Shown: piece after piece, positions 24,485 to 37,659 of the stretch | Position numbering within the stretch: position 1 is the stretch's first letter | How the letters are laid out: each line of letters begins with the position of its first letter | DNA from: Parasitella parasitica NRRL 2501 | Lineage: Eukaryota; Fungi; Mucoromycota | Direction: 5' to 3' | Length of the DNA stretch: 64,000 nt | Assembly: GCA_025201805.1 (NCBI GenBank) | Contig: MU619248.1 | Coordinates: 248,001 to 312,000 of the forward strand | Position numbers and translations under genes: made by a program | The notes under the pieces: generated by a model | Seen by the model: the letters and a program-made list of their open reading frames with translations, nothing else | What the model was told of the DNA's origin: nothing | The model's database searches: none

Positions 24485-27369
24485 CTATAGGTCGTTTTTA
24501 TTATTGTCATCATTATCATTGTTACTCGTCATTGGCGTTTGTTTGTCATTGATGAAATAATCGAAAACGGCATCTTTTACGTTTTGAAGAAATGCAGATT
24601 CATCTTGGCTACTCAGGAATATATGAGCTCTTAAGGAATCCAGTAGTTTATCTAATCTGGATTGATCCCCATAGGGAAGCAGCATGTTGACCTTACTATG
24701 TAAACATGCACATGTGTACAAATACGTTAATACAGACACAATGCCAAAGCAAACGCATACGCGGTAAACTTACTGTTCGTAATTTTTGTATTCTTGCAGC
24801 AATTTCAAAAATTGATCCAGCACATCAGTAGAAACATGTTCAGCTTGTATCACTGTTCTACGACAGGCATACGGCACACCTGTCAAATATCATTCAATCA
24901 ACACATCTTTGTTGTCTGCTGTGATTTTTTCAACTTACGAAACGAGTGTAACTCATTCCATTCTTTGCTGATATGCAGATACTGAATCTGTGAGTTTTCA
25001 CCTTTGATTTCAGGGTCGTATGGTGTCACAATGACACCAACGAAAGGTTCATCACCAGTTTTCTCTTCTCTGAATAGAGTCTGTAAGGAAATAAGCCAAC
25101 AGTGAGAAACCGTACAGGACAAAAGACTTACTTGATACGATGTCTGATTTTCAATATCTCTGATGCTAGGGTGTGGCTCAAACGTTGGATGCGAGTGGTA
25201 CCAGCCTACGACATTCAGACCTTTTTCTGCAAACAGCTCACGAGCCTGCATTTCTGACGCTGGGTCCATTTCACACTGAATGCCTGTGCTTGTGCTTTGA
25301 CATGGAAACACAACTGTCACCTGCAGTATTTTGGATTCGCCCCGTCTGGTAAAATTGCCGCCTAACAGCCCAATAATCTCAGTGTGAGCTAGATGCGAAT
25401 GGAAATCCATGACGAGTAAACAATCGCTAGAGATCTCGAGTTCGAATGGAGCTGGGTTGTCTTCTGTATAGTGTTCTGTCGGCACTAATCTAAAGGGATC
25501 ATAGCCTCGCCCGAAATCATCGCCACCATAGTAATGATGAGATAATCTTTTCACAACACGTTTCGGTTTTGCATCTAAATTAAACATGAAACTTGTTTAA
25601 ATCCAACCAAACAAACTAAACAAATTTTGTACCACCACCGCTGGTTTTTACCTAACGTAACTACCACTTGACCATGCTCAATGACTCTTCCTTCAAGCTC
25701 TCTGGGATCAACCCTAATCAGTTCATAACAAATAAGCAAGACATGCTGATAAAAAAAAACAACTGCTAAACAACGATGGCGTTACCAATCTCCGACTTCA
25801 TTCCGGACTTTGCGCTTTCTGGGGCCATCGTAGCCCACGACTAAATCAGATGCATCCTCCATGGCGTCAAGCAGCAAATCCTCATCTTCAGTGCTATTGA
25901 ATTCACGCGGCGCCCGCCGGGGTGGCCGTGGTGCACTGGTAACGCAACCCACGTTGATGGCGCCAATTGACTCGAGGTAGTCGTGTACTCTCCCAATGGC
26001 GTTTACATCGCCACAGTCTTTCAAGCCCTTTCGAGCGCTAGTCTTTGTCAGGTATTTGGGTCTGACTAATTTCCAGCATGCCAGCATGTGATTGCGTATT
26101 TTGAGATAACGGTCTGGTGTTTTACTGTGTTTTTGTCTGAACCATTCTGGATTATGGGCCTTTTCTTCATCTGATGCCTCAAATGGGGAAAACTGGAGCT
26201 GGTTTGATTGGTGTAAAGGCACATTGGTATCGTTAGTCATCTCTTTAGCGTCCTTGGTCCCTTCGTCAGCTGTATTAGTTGTAGTGGCAGTAGCAATATC
26301 TGGAGTAGCGGCATTAACATTAGGTTTCGTAGTTGTGTCAGCGAGGTTTTTCGATTCTGTTGTTGTTGGTGGTGTTGTTGTTGTTGGTGGTGGTGGTGGT
26401 TTTGATGATGACGGTGACGGTGACGGTGACGATGGTTGTTGTTTGGGTATATATTGAGTAGGCGTTGGTAAAGGTACTCGGTCATCGTCGCTTTCGATTG
26501 AGAAATCATCCTCTCGCAGAGACTCCCCCTCTGGCTCGTTTTCCTTTTCCTTTTTCTTAAGCTCTTGCTTTTCCTTTTCTTTATCAGTTTCGCTCACTTT
26601 TGATTGCAACAATGCACTATCAATCTTGTCGTATTGCTGCAGGTGTCTTGCATGATTTTTGCATTGCAATGGATTCCTCGTTTTAACATGCTCAGATATA
26701 AGCTTCCAGTTTCCATATCCATGCTTCATCTAATGTTCAAGCAGTCAGCATTTTACTTGATTTTGTCCCCCTGATTTATCTCGTATTACCAAGCCCTCTT
26801 TGAGCAACTCGTCTTCCTCCTTCACCCACCGTGTTTTGTGAGAGGGTAACGATGCAGAGGATAAGGTAGCACCTACTGCAATGGTTAAGTGGGCCATTTC
26901 TCTTGGCATTTGCTGCAATCCAAACCTTCTCTTCTAGACTTCCTTGGAGCTTCTGTGCCATGTTCAAACTCGTACTCTGTGTCGTTGATTGGTGATTTTC
27001 GCTTTTTTTTCGCGGGTGAAGACTGGCGCTTCAACGAGCTGATTGAATCTTTTCCATAAAAATACTCTTCTTCTGCAAGCATCTGCTCAATCAGTTTGCG
27101 AGACTCGTCGTCCATGTCCATGTCCAAGTCTGCCTTTTCTGAATATGTGGACGCAGCAGCAGCGGTTGTGTTCTTCTCTCTGTCCACTGCTTCATCCATG
27201 CCGCTTGCTTTCGTTTTCGTCGGTAATTGCTCGCTTGAATGTATGTCATGCGTATAAGCAACCAAATATTCCCCTTTGTCCTTGCCATGACTTACCTCAA
27301 TGCCGATCTATCCAGCCCATGTTTCTCTTCGTCGCTGTCGATATCAATGAGCTCCTCGTCGACATCCAT
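24485..27369 (-). CDS. MYSM1: MYSM1-like deubiquitinase (SANT/Myb + SWIRM + MPN/JAMM; multi-exon)
   Basis: [29 protein letters not shown]; [18 protein letters not shown]...[21 protein letters not shown]; [19 protein letters not shown] and [27 protein letters not shown]. Confidence 0.88.
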
Positions 27370-28036
27370 GCTTGCTTTACAGATGTGAATTTGGATACGA
27401 GTAAAAGAGAGGAAAAAATTGATGCTCTTGTACGGTGACTGTCGCAAGGGGCTTTGGGAGAGCGGATCAAGAAATGCAAAGTGCCTTTGGAAGCGTCGCT
27501 ATGACGAACTTGAGTGCATGAACAACAAAGATGGATATACTTGACAACCACACCGAATTTGCAGGTATGTACAGAATCACAGGGTTTAACGGTACTCGAT
27601 TACATATAGCCTGAAGCTTGCATGATAGTTATTCACATGGCCGTTGCAATGTTTGAAACACACTGTATAGTTTCAAACAGTATCTTTCCTGTACATGTTG
27701 AATAGCTGTCATAACTGAGAATACCTAATGGACAAAAAAGCCTAATTTACGTCATGCCTGTACAGCTGCATGCCCAAATCAAGTTTTATCCTGATGTGAA
27801 TATTTTGCTTTAAGAGCTAAATATATAATAATGATATCGATGCATGTGGTACAGTGACACCCGTCGTGTACTTTTATTACAAAATGTGCTCGTTATGGTG
27901 ATAATTTACTTGATTTGTAAAATCTATTTGGAAAAAAAAAATCGTTTATTTACCTCACTCCCATAGAGACAGCTCTGGCTCTGATATAAAAACGCCATCT
28001 GGATTAGTGTATTGTTTTTCTCTTCAACTAATCACT

Positions 28037-31000
28037 ATGACTGATACAAACACAGAGCGGAATGTGGATACAGGCGAAAAGATTGACTCTATCCCCTCGT
28101 CATCTTCGTCTCCTACTGCTGCCACCCATGTTGAGCATCCTCAGCATGAGCATGAAATCAGCGTACCTGCAATGCAGCAATTGACTGTGGAGGAGCTGTA
28201 TGATAAGGACAAATATGACTTATCCACAATGGAGCCTGGAGATGTCTTTGTTTTGCTCCAGTAAGTGCCATGTAGCCTGAGCTATATCATTTGTAAACAA
28301 CTAATTAGCTGCAATTATTGCACAGAACATCTACAGACGGCTTGACTTTACAAGAGGCTGCTTCCCGCGTTGAGAAATTCGGCTACAATCGTCTCGATCA
28401 TAAGGAAGTTAACCCGCTGCTACAGTTCCTGGGCTTCATGTGGAACCCTCTTTCCTGGGTCATGGAGGCTGCTGCGCTTGTAGCCATTGCTCTATCAAAC
28501 GGAGGCGGTGAGCCACCAGATTGGGAAGATTTCATTGGCATCATCTTGTTGCTATTAGCAAACTCTATTATAGGCTTTTTGGAAGAACGTCAGGCTGGCA
28601 ATGCGGTAAAGGCGTTGATGGACTCTTTGGCTCCAGAGTGCAAAGTCAAGAGAGATGGCGAGTGGCGTACCATGGAAGCCGCCGAGTTGGTTCCTGGTGA
28701 TGTTATCTCAATTAAACTTGGCGATGTGATTCCCGCTGATGGCCGTCTTATCTCGGCTCATGGCCAAGTGTCGATAGATCAGGCAGCTCTTACGGGTGAG
28801 TCGCTGCCTGTGGGGAAGAATGCTGGTGATGAGATCTTTTCTGGCTCGACTGTCAAGCAAGGAGAAGCAGAGGCAGTGGTAATTGGGACTGGACTCAACA
28901 CCTTTTTCGGTCGTGCAGCCAAGTTGGTCGGTGATGCTGGCGACGACGTGGGCCATCTGCAATCTATCCTGGCAAAGATTGGTAATTTCTGTCTGTGCAG
29001 CATTGGTATCTTTCTAGTAGCTGAAATCTTGGTTATGTACGCTGGTTTCCGCTATAGTTATCGTGACGGTATCGACAACTTGCTAGTGTTGCTCATTGGT
29101 GGCATCCCCATTGCTATGCCCACGGTCCTCTCTGTTACATTGGCTATCGGTGCCAAGCAATTGGCTGAACACAAGGCCATTGTTACTAGAATCACTGCAA
29201 TCGAAGAAATGGCTGCAGTCACCATCTTGTGTTCCGACAAAACTGGTACCCTGACCTTGAACAAGCTCATTGTTGACAAACCTACCATCAAGACCTATGC
29301 GGATTTCGATGCGGAAAATGTCATTCTTATCTCTGCTTATGCGTCTCGTACTGAAAATCAAGATGCGATTGACTTTTGCATTGTAAACTCACTACCTAAT
29401 CCAAAGGAGGCTAGAGAAGGAATCCAAGAGCTGGAGTTTGAGCCATTTAATCCCACGATCAAGCGTACAGAAATCACATATAAAAGGGACGGCAAACTTT
29501 ATCGCGCGACCAAAGGCATGTCTCATTTCATCTTGGATCTTTGCACTCGTGACAAAACAGAAGAACAGATCCGATCACTTAATGATGATGTTGATGAGTT
29601 TGCTCGCCGTGGTTTACGTTCTCTTGCTGTTGCTATTGAAGAGATCAAAGGTGATGATTACAAGGCAGAAGGTGCTGGTTCTGGATTTCGTCTCATTGGC
29701 TTGCTACCTATTTACGATCCTCCTAGATCGGATACCAAGGAGACCATTGATCGCGCTATTGAGTTGGGTGTGCAAGTAAAGATGATCACAGGTGATCAAC
29801 TTGCTATTGCAAAGGAAACGGGCCGTCGTCTTGGTATGGGCGACAACATGTATCTGTCAAAGACTTTAAAAGACGGTCCTCCTGCTGGTTCTGGATACAA
29901 TAACGTGGATGAGCTTGTGTTGCATGCAGATGGTTTTGCCGGTGTGTATCCTGAACACAAGTATGAAATCGTTCAGCGCCTTCAAGCCATGGGCCATATG
30001 ACAGCAATGACAGGCGACGGTGTCAACGATGCTCCCGCGCTTTCCAAATCCAATGTCGGCATCGCTGTTGCTGATGCTTCCGACGCTGCTCGATCTGCTG
30101 CTGATATCGTTTTGACTGAGCCCGGTCTGTCTGTTATTATTGAAGCATTGATCCATTCTCGCCAAATATTTCAGCGCATGAGAAACTATTCCATCTACAC
30201 CTGCTCTGTCACTATTCGTGTTGTTGTCGGCTTTGCTGTGATGGTATTTGCCTACAAATTCAATTTCCCGCCCTTTATGGTATTGATCTTGGCCATCCTG
30301 AACGACGGCACCATCATGACAATCTCTACAGATCGTGTGAGACCTTCTCCTTTCCCTGACCAATGGAACCTGTTTGAAATCTTTTCGTATGCTATCGTGT
30401 ATGGTCTGTATCTGGCTGCCTCCACCATTGTCTTTTTCGCCGTCTTGTACGACACCACCTTTTTCCAGAGTCATTTTGGTGTTCAAACGTTTGACGATCC
30501 TAACGATGGCGTGCTGCATTCTGTCATCTATTTGCAAGTATCGACTATTTCGCAAGGCCTTATCTTTATCACGCGTTCTCAAGGCTGGTTTTTTATGGAG
30601 CGCCCTTCAATCTTGCTGATGGCTGCATTTATATTTGCTCAATTGATTGCTACATTTATCTCGGTCTACGCCAACTGGGGATTCACCAACATCCATGGCT
30701 GCCAATGGACGCTTGCTGGAATTGCTTGGGTAAGTTTCACGTGTATTTCTTGTGAAGCTCTTTCCTAACACGATTTACATGTTAGATTTGGAACTTTGTC
30801 TGGTTTGCACCTTTGGATTTGATCAAATTCGCCATGCAAAGATACTTCAGACCTGCTAGAAACACCAAGACATCTGACACTGAATCCGTTCGTCCTTCGA
30901 GACGTCCTTCAGCCGTGTCTACATCTGGATCGGCTCGTTATTATGCAAACCGCACTCAATCATTGCGTGCCCTGTCAAGGCCTCGTAACTTTGGGAAGCG

Positions 31001-31201
31001 CATATTTGGACTTAATAAGAAAATGTCCATGGAGCCTCATGAACTGAGACGTTTCTCCTCTGTACAGGTATGCGTACAAATATATAGTTAAAAATTAATG
31101 AAAAGGGCTAAATGGGCTAATTTACTTTGATAACTTCATAGACAAACCATGCTGCACAAATCTTGACTGGGGGAAATAGCCCCCAGACTACTGGCAAATA
31201 A
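28037..31201 (+). CDS. PMA1: plasma-membrane H+-ATPase, P3A (4 exons)
   Basis: [62 protein letters not shown] and [10 protein letters not shown]. Confidence 0.97.
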
Positions 31202-31446
31202 CTACGCTTTGCATTTTACAAATCAACCTTTGACATGTACTTTTTACATTTACTACTGCCATATACTTTGAAGACCCCCTCCTCCAAGAATGTATTACAA
31301 AGTATCTTTTTACTCTTGGCCGCTCTCGCAAACCTGTATCATTTTTAGACATGCAGCCAGTTAAAATAATAAAATAACAATACATTCAATATGTACCATA
31401 TGTACCATATGCCGTATAATAGTTTTATTTAGTCTATATTTCATGG

Positions 31447-33350
31447 TTAGAGTCTGCCTCTCAACTGTTGTTGCTTTTCTTCCTCAAGCGCAGAATCACG
31501 AAGGACGCGTCTGAGTATTTTTCCGCTTGGACTCTTGGGGATGATGTCGAGGAACTTGACTCCACCGCGTAGCTTTTTATAGTTGATGACATTATCTTGA
31601 ACAAAATTAGAGATCATAGTAGCAGTAGCGGCTGATTTGGGAATCGAGGGCTGGAGAACAACATAAGCTCTAGGAAGCTCGGTTGCTTGTGCTGAATCGT
31701 AAATGCCAATAACACAACAGTCAGCAACGGCTTCGTGGCTCATCAAAAGTGCCTCCAATTCAGCAGGTGCCACCTGATAGCCTTTGTATTTAATTAGCTC
31801 TTTGATGCGATCGATGATAAAGAATTCGCCAGATTTAGAATCAAATTTAGCAACATCGCCAGTGCGCATCCAGCCGTCGTGTGTAAAAGTCTCGGCATTG
31901 GCTTTGTCATCGTTCAAGTAACCCTTCATAATGACTGGCCCTCTCAACAAGATTTCACCAGGTTGATCAGCACTTAATTCTAATATATACGCATAGACAG
32001 ATAAGCACTTTACGTATGCGAAAGCAATCACTGCTTCGTATTCACGTACCATTTCCTTCTTCGTCTACCAACTTGCATTCCATATTGGCAACAAGCACAC
32101 CTGTGGACCCTGAAGGACTAACACCGACCTTTTGATATATGCAGCCTGCCGTAGTCTCAGTCATGCCATAGCTACAACAAACGAGATAAGCCATTACTGT
32201 TGTGTTATACCATATACATATATTTTCTTACCCTTGTCTAACAGGAGCCTTTACTCGTAAGTTCAAAGCATCGATGTGCTCGCTACCTAGAGGAGCTGCA
32301 CCACTACTGATAATCCGAAGCGAAGATAAATCGTATTTCAAGACGACATCATTTTTTGCAAGATGGACAGCTACAAGTAAAGTCGTAAGAAGACTGGATC
32401 AAAGCACACACACACACAAAACTTACCAACTGGAGGCACAATAGGGCCTTGTGTTACCTTGTACTTTTCAATCAATTGACATACCAATTCTAAATCGTAC
32501 TTGGGAACAACCACTACCGGTGTATTGGAGTAAAAGGCACGAAGTACAAGCGTGGTCAAGCCGAAAATGTGAAAGAAAGGCAGGAAGCCAATGATCACGT
32601 CGTCTTTTTGATTAGCTTCTGTTTGCTCGAAATCAGTCACCATAATCATTTGAGAGACAAAGTTTTTGTGCGTGAGCATGACACCCTTTGCTACACCTGT
32701 AGTGCCGCTAGAAAAGCAAATGAAAGCTAAATCGTCTCCATCTACACCTTGTACTGGAATCTGCATTTCTCTTGTGGGGTTTGCAATCGAGCTGAATGGC
32801 TGCACGCCATCAACAGCACGATCGCCAAATAAAAAGATTCTGTTGTTGGGTATATTGTTCTTGGCTGCCACCTTCAATAGAACAGGAAGCAGTTCAGGAA
32901 CAGTGACAATAGCTTTGGCCTCGGATTTATGAATTTGATGATTGAATTCGACTATATTTGTGTTGTATGTCAGGCTTTCTTTTTCTGCTAAACGCTTTAT
33001 ATGCATGATTTGCGCTACTTACCTTCAGTGTAGTTGGGATTACCAGGAGTTACTGTGCATTGGGCCGCTAACAGTGAAAAGTATAGCACAGCATGGTCAT
33101 ATTGATTGGGAGCAAATACAGCAACAACGTCTCCCTTCTCTAGCCCAACAGTTCCGTTCCAACCAACAGCTAATCGACCAGATATTTTTCGTACCTGGTT
33201 GAATGTTAATGATTTGCCATTGATGCCATCAATCAGCAACGGACGATCTGCTGAGCGAGTTGTATTAAATTCATTAGGTTGAAACAAGAATGAATAAATA
33301 TCAATGTTCGGGATAGGAATAGGCTGCTTTTTAGATTTATAAATGGTCAT
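31447..33350 (-). CDS. 4-coumarate-CoA-ligase-like acyl-CoA synthetase, probably peroxisomal (multi-exon)
   Basis: FSSGTTGVAKGVMLTH, LPFFHIFG, YGMTE, GWMRTGD, DRIKELIKYKGYQVAPAELE and IPKSPSGKILRR; ends in the PTS1-like -GRL. Confidence 0.93.
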
Positions 33351-34295
33351 TGTGCGTTGGTTGAAGAAATGCAGCGAGCTACCACCACAGACAGCCTTTT
33401 TATCTGATTTTGAAGTCTGCAAGTGGGAAATTTGTTAGTAATGGCGAAAATTCATGTTGCGTTTGATTGGCTTGCAGCTGATCAAAAGGGTAAAACATTT
33501 ACCTTAGCGTGGGTTACTTGGTGTACAATAGGTTGAAAGGGGTTACGATAACCCGTTTATAAAAGTATATGCAATTGTCATTGTATAAATAAGCGAATTT
33601 CAGATTGAAAAGTGTTTAATGAGAGAGTGAGCTAAATAAGGAAATAAAAAAAGCAGGTTTTAAAAGGTACCTTTTCGTTCTTTCTAGCCGATGACATGAT
33701 TGGTGATCGAGACACCGGATATTGATGAATTGGAATTGTTAGACAACACCATAATGCTTTATTTTCTCCAAATAAACGAAGATTAAATTTTTCAACTATA
33801 ATTGCATATGAAGAAAAGTTGTTTTGTTATTTTTATTACATTGTTGATATAATCGTTACAGCATTATTTGATAGCACAAGAAACTCCAGCAGTAGTAGAA
33901 AGACCAATGCAATTTATCTCTCATTTAAAATACGGTATTTGGTACTAACAGCATTTGCATTCAACGAGGGAAGTTCTAGAAGCAGCACTGCAATAAGTTC
34001 AAATAGATCGTCGTGGTTTTATGAGAGATATTTTGTTCTGGTTCCTTCGAACTGGTTAAATGCCTGACAGACAATGTTCAATACATATCGGATGAAATAA
34101 AAAATGTCCTATCTCCATCTCACCATTACGGCACGAGCTTAAAATGGAGCAGGGATTCTTGCCATTATTTCAAGAAAATGAGAGTAGTATTAGTGGTAAT
34201 TTCCAAAATATTATTATGACAGGCAAAAACAATTCCTTGATAATGTTGAGATCTGCAAGATCGAAAATAAGAAAAGTATAAATTAAAATCTTGAA

Positions 34296-34677
34296 TTAAC
34301 GAGATACGAAAACTTGAGATTACTTTATTAAAGATTCAACTTTGCATCTGCTATTTATATTTTTTACAACTACATGAATTTTTGGTGACTTATTTAAAAT
34401 ACTAGTCGATACTCATAGATAAGAGTAATTTGCAAGCAACACAGTATCCTTGACAGGGTACGATGTATTATTATACTACAAGGTTATTGATCTTTGATCT
34501 GACAGTACCTTATTGTTTGCCAATCATACAGATCTGTGTTACAGATGACCTTCTTGATTTGAAACAAAGACATTATTCTCCTGTTTCGACGAGTATAAGA
34601 ACACATCATTGGACCATCTCCAATCTTTAATTGAAGTACTTTATCATGATCTCCTATTCTACATTATGGCAGATCAG
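34296..34677 (-). mobile_element. degenerate partial LTR, family A (copy of 56742-57363)
   Basis: Colinear similarity to 56744-57117 (TTAACGAGATACGAAAACTT, TGCATCTGCTATTTATA, GGTGACTTATTTA, CTTTGATCTGACAGT, CCTTCTTGATTTGAAAC, ATTATGGCAGATCA); terminal TG lost. Confidence 0.75.
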
Positions 34678-35349
34678 ATAATATGGTGGTCCAAAACATA
34701 AAGGTTCTCATTAAAATCTAGTTTTATAATTTGATAGTAAAAAAGTCCATAATTCTAGGAATGATGGATTATAACATAATAATGGGAAAACCTTTATTTT
34801 ATCAAATAATAATAACAGGATGCAGTGATGAAATAAAATAATAAAAAAAAAAAAACTTGCTGCAAGAAACAGTTATTTAACGTAATACTAAAGCGAAAAG
34901 TGGCGTGTATTTTTGTTTTCAAATGAGTCCAGATGTCATATTGCATATTGCAGAGTTAAGACGTTGCAAGGGCCGGGATGTTATTGCCATTTATAATACT
35001 AGTTTGACTCAATAATAATAGAAGATCGTACCATTACGCTTTAAGGCCTTAGAACATTTCTTAGAGTTTCATCCATTTAAACTTGATAATCTAACGGTTC
35101 TATACACGGATCATTTAGCAAGAGCTATGACTGAACATCACTGTTATTTCAATTTTCCTAGTAATTTATAATAAAAGAAGAACCATGCAAAGTAAGACAA
35201 ACATATTGCTGGCTCAACATTATCAGAAAAAAAGTTTACAATCACGTTTTACCAATATCTATAAAATTATCAGATGATATCACAAATTAACATATCAGAA
35301 TTGCATATAATCAATGATAGGCTTCGATAAAGAGCAAATAAAAGCCTGT

Positions 35350-35739
35350 NNNNNNNNNNNNNNNNNNNNNNNNNNNNNNNNNNNNNNNNNNNNNNNNNNN
35401 NNNNNNNNNNNNNNNNNNNNNNNNNNNNNNNNNNNNNNNNNNNNNNNNNNNNNNNNNNNNNNNNNNNNNNNNNNNNNNNNNNNNNNNNNNNNNNNNNNNN
35501 NNNNNNNNNNNNNNNNNNNNNNNNNNNNNNNNNNNNNNNNNNNNNNNNNNNNNNNNNNNNNNNNNNNNNNNNNNNNNNNNNNNNNNNNNNNNNNNNNNNN
35601 NNNNNNNNNNNNNNNNNNNNNNNNNNNNNNNNNNNNNNNNNNNNNNNNNNNNNNNNNNNNNNNNNNNNNNNNNNNNNNNNNNNNNNNNNNNNNNNNNNNN
35701 NNNNNNNNNNNNNNNNNNNNNNNNNNNNNNNNNNNNNNN
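35350..35739. other. assembly gap (N run) inside a repeat-rich region
   Basis: run of N. Confidence 1.
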
Positions 35740-35826
35740 ATCTGCAAAAACAGTTTTATTTTTCAATATTTATCATAAATATCAGATATTTGTTCATAAC
35801 TTGTGCTAAAATGACCGTAGGACCGA

Positions 35827-36250
35827 GATCTAACGTGATGCATGGATCATGATATAATTGTTGGTAATTTTTTTACAGATAAGGAATAATCTACAAGTTG
35901 TAGTTGGACCTAATGCAAGGTTCGAGGCTTATTCAAAGAATACATCGAGATCAGATGGCGGGATGTCGTCGGGAAGACATCCTACCCAATCTTCTCTTTA
36001 ATGTAAAATAGAAAGATAGGTCTGTCCTGGAAATGCTGTGATTTAATAAGGTTTGACACTTCTTGTCAAACATCAGATGTTATGTGGATAAGCATTGATT
36101 GGGATATATTTTAGTATAAATAGAGATCATATCTTATGTCAATAAAAGTCTTCAGTTTTGTATCTGGTTTTAGTCAAAAAAAATCTTTATTACTTTATAC
36201 AAATCATATTTACATAACATTACGCTGCGCCTTTTGACACTGGCACAACA
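35827..36250 (+). mobile_element. LTR family B copy (inverted relative to 57718-58026)
   Basis: Reverse-complement match to about 57718-57990; TATAAATAG, AATAAAA and an ACAACA terminus; carries about 120 bp extra near 35925-36043. Confidence 0.75.
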
Positions 36251-36451
36251 TACAGGCTTTATTATCAAATCGACATGTGCGTAAAGCTCCTGTTCATCGA
36301 CTGGCCAAGTTGGTGAACCTTTATATACTTGAGCTACGGATAAATAGAGACTACCTCAAAGCAACGTGTATGGCAATAATTTTGATTAATTAGCATCTTC
36401 AATTTCGTGCTAAATGACATCTCGGCAGACTAAAGATAACTTAGATCTATC

Positions 36452-36898
36452 TGAGAGAGTAGATAGACTGTAATCGAGGTAACATTGTCAATCTCCCATA
36501 AGAAAATTATTCATATCGATCCATAAGTGCATGTCATTTCTAGTATAGTCTTATTTAGTCAATATTTATAGTACATGTCAGGGTGAATATCACTTGGTAT
36601 TCATCTTAGCATATATCTGTATACGTAGCATGTCTATATAGCATGTCATGAGCATACCTATAGAATTGCACATATTGTGCAAGTGTGTAGGACATGGATA
36701 TAAGCATGTTTCTCGTAGTGCGTTTCTGGAAACTGGGAATACACATCTGATGCGTATATCTTATACGACATAATAAGCTCGTAGCACATACTAAATCTAG
36801 TAAACGTCTAAGGCTCGTGTCGAGATATAAATATGTATATCATTGTCTACTCTTCACTTATACTCTTTACTACTATTTCGTTATATATACCCATCTCA
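36452..36898 (+). mobile_element. possible third LTR-like remnant
   Basis: TGAGA...TCTCA inverted ends, TATAAATA near 36825 and short internal AGCATGT repeats; no TSD found. Confidence 0.25.
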
Positions 36899-37659
36899 AT
36901 CCTATTAAAAAAAAAAAGGTTTGTTAAACTCTGTTAAGAAATTTAAAAAAAAAAGCATGATCATTTTGAAGACAAGTTTTACAATCATCGTTCTAAAATG
37001 CATATAACAATGATTTACAAAATACATAATATAATACATTATTTTTTCTCGTCGTAAGTTAAGGCCTGCTTTGCTATGTTCATATATTGTATGTAATTTG
37101 TGAAGAGCTTCCAGCAAGATTTTCGTTCAGTATAGTCAATTGGATCACTAGTTTTGTATTTGGTAAATTTACAGTCTTTACAGCCTCTCACTTTATATCA
37201 TCACATACAATTGTCTGCTATATTGCTCATTTTCGAAACAATTTAGACAAAACATGTAGACTAGGTTCATGTGTTAACTTTAAATTGTTTAACCACTTTT
37301 AAATTTACGCCAAGAAACATTCTCGACGTGACTTGAAATATAACTGCCAAAAAAAACGTACGCAAACTTAATGCCATTTAATTCTCAAAAAAAAAAAAAA
37401 AAATACTTAAAATATTTAAAACACTAAAAATGGCTCATGAATAGTAATCGTTTGAGATATCAGTGATTCAAGGCATTTTATGTCAAAATTTCATTAAAGT
37501 GGCTACTAAAACCGCCGCTGGGACGTCTGGCTAAATGCCAACATTGCCCCATGGTATTTGAGGGCACAAGCAGCCCTTTTTACACAACAATAGCAGTATA
37601 TTTTATCTTATTGTGCTTTTTAAACTTATAGTCAAGTTGTGAATGTTTATTGCAGAGAA

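Noticed and set aside
29866-30582. 238-aa antisense ORF within PMA1, and similar ones within GDH2, ADA2 and ATP5
   Set aside because: Typical antisense shadows of codon-biased genes
16252-33350. Aromatic secondary-metabolite cluster (DAHP synthase II plus 4CL-like ligase)
   Set aside because: The genes are about 14 kb apart, separated by unrelated housekeeping genes, with no backbone synthase or tailoring set
33819-34290. Transposase remnant next to the family A LTR
   Set aside because: Coding-like but multiply interrupted, with no DDE or RT motif identifiable
35295-35778. ORFs spanning N runs (also 2799-3119)
   Set aside because: Artefacts of assembly gaps
37501-37575. tRNA gene
   Set aside because: No GTTCRA T-loop, and D and anticodon arm geometry are wrong
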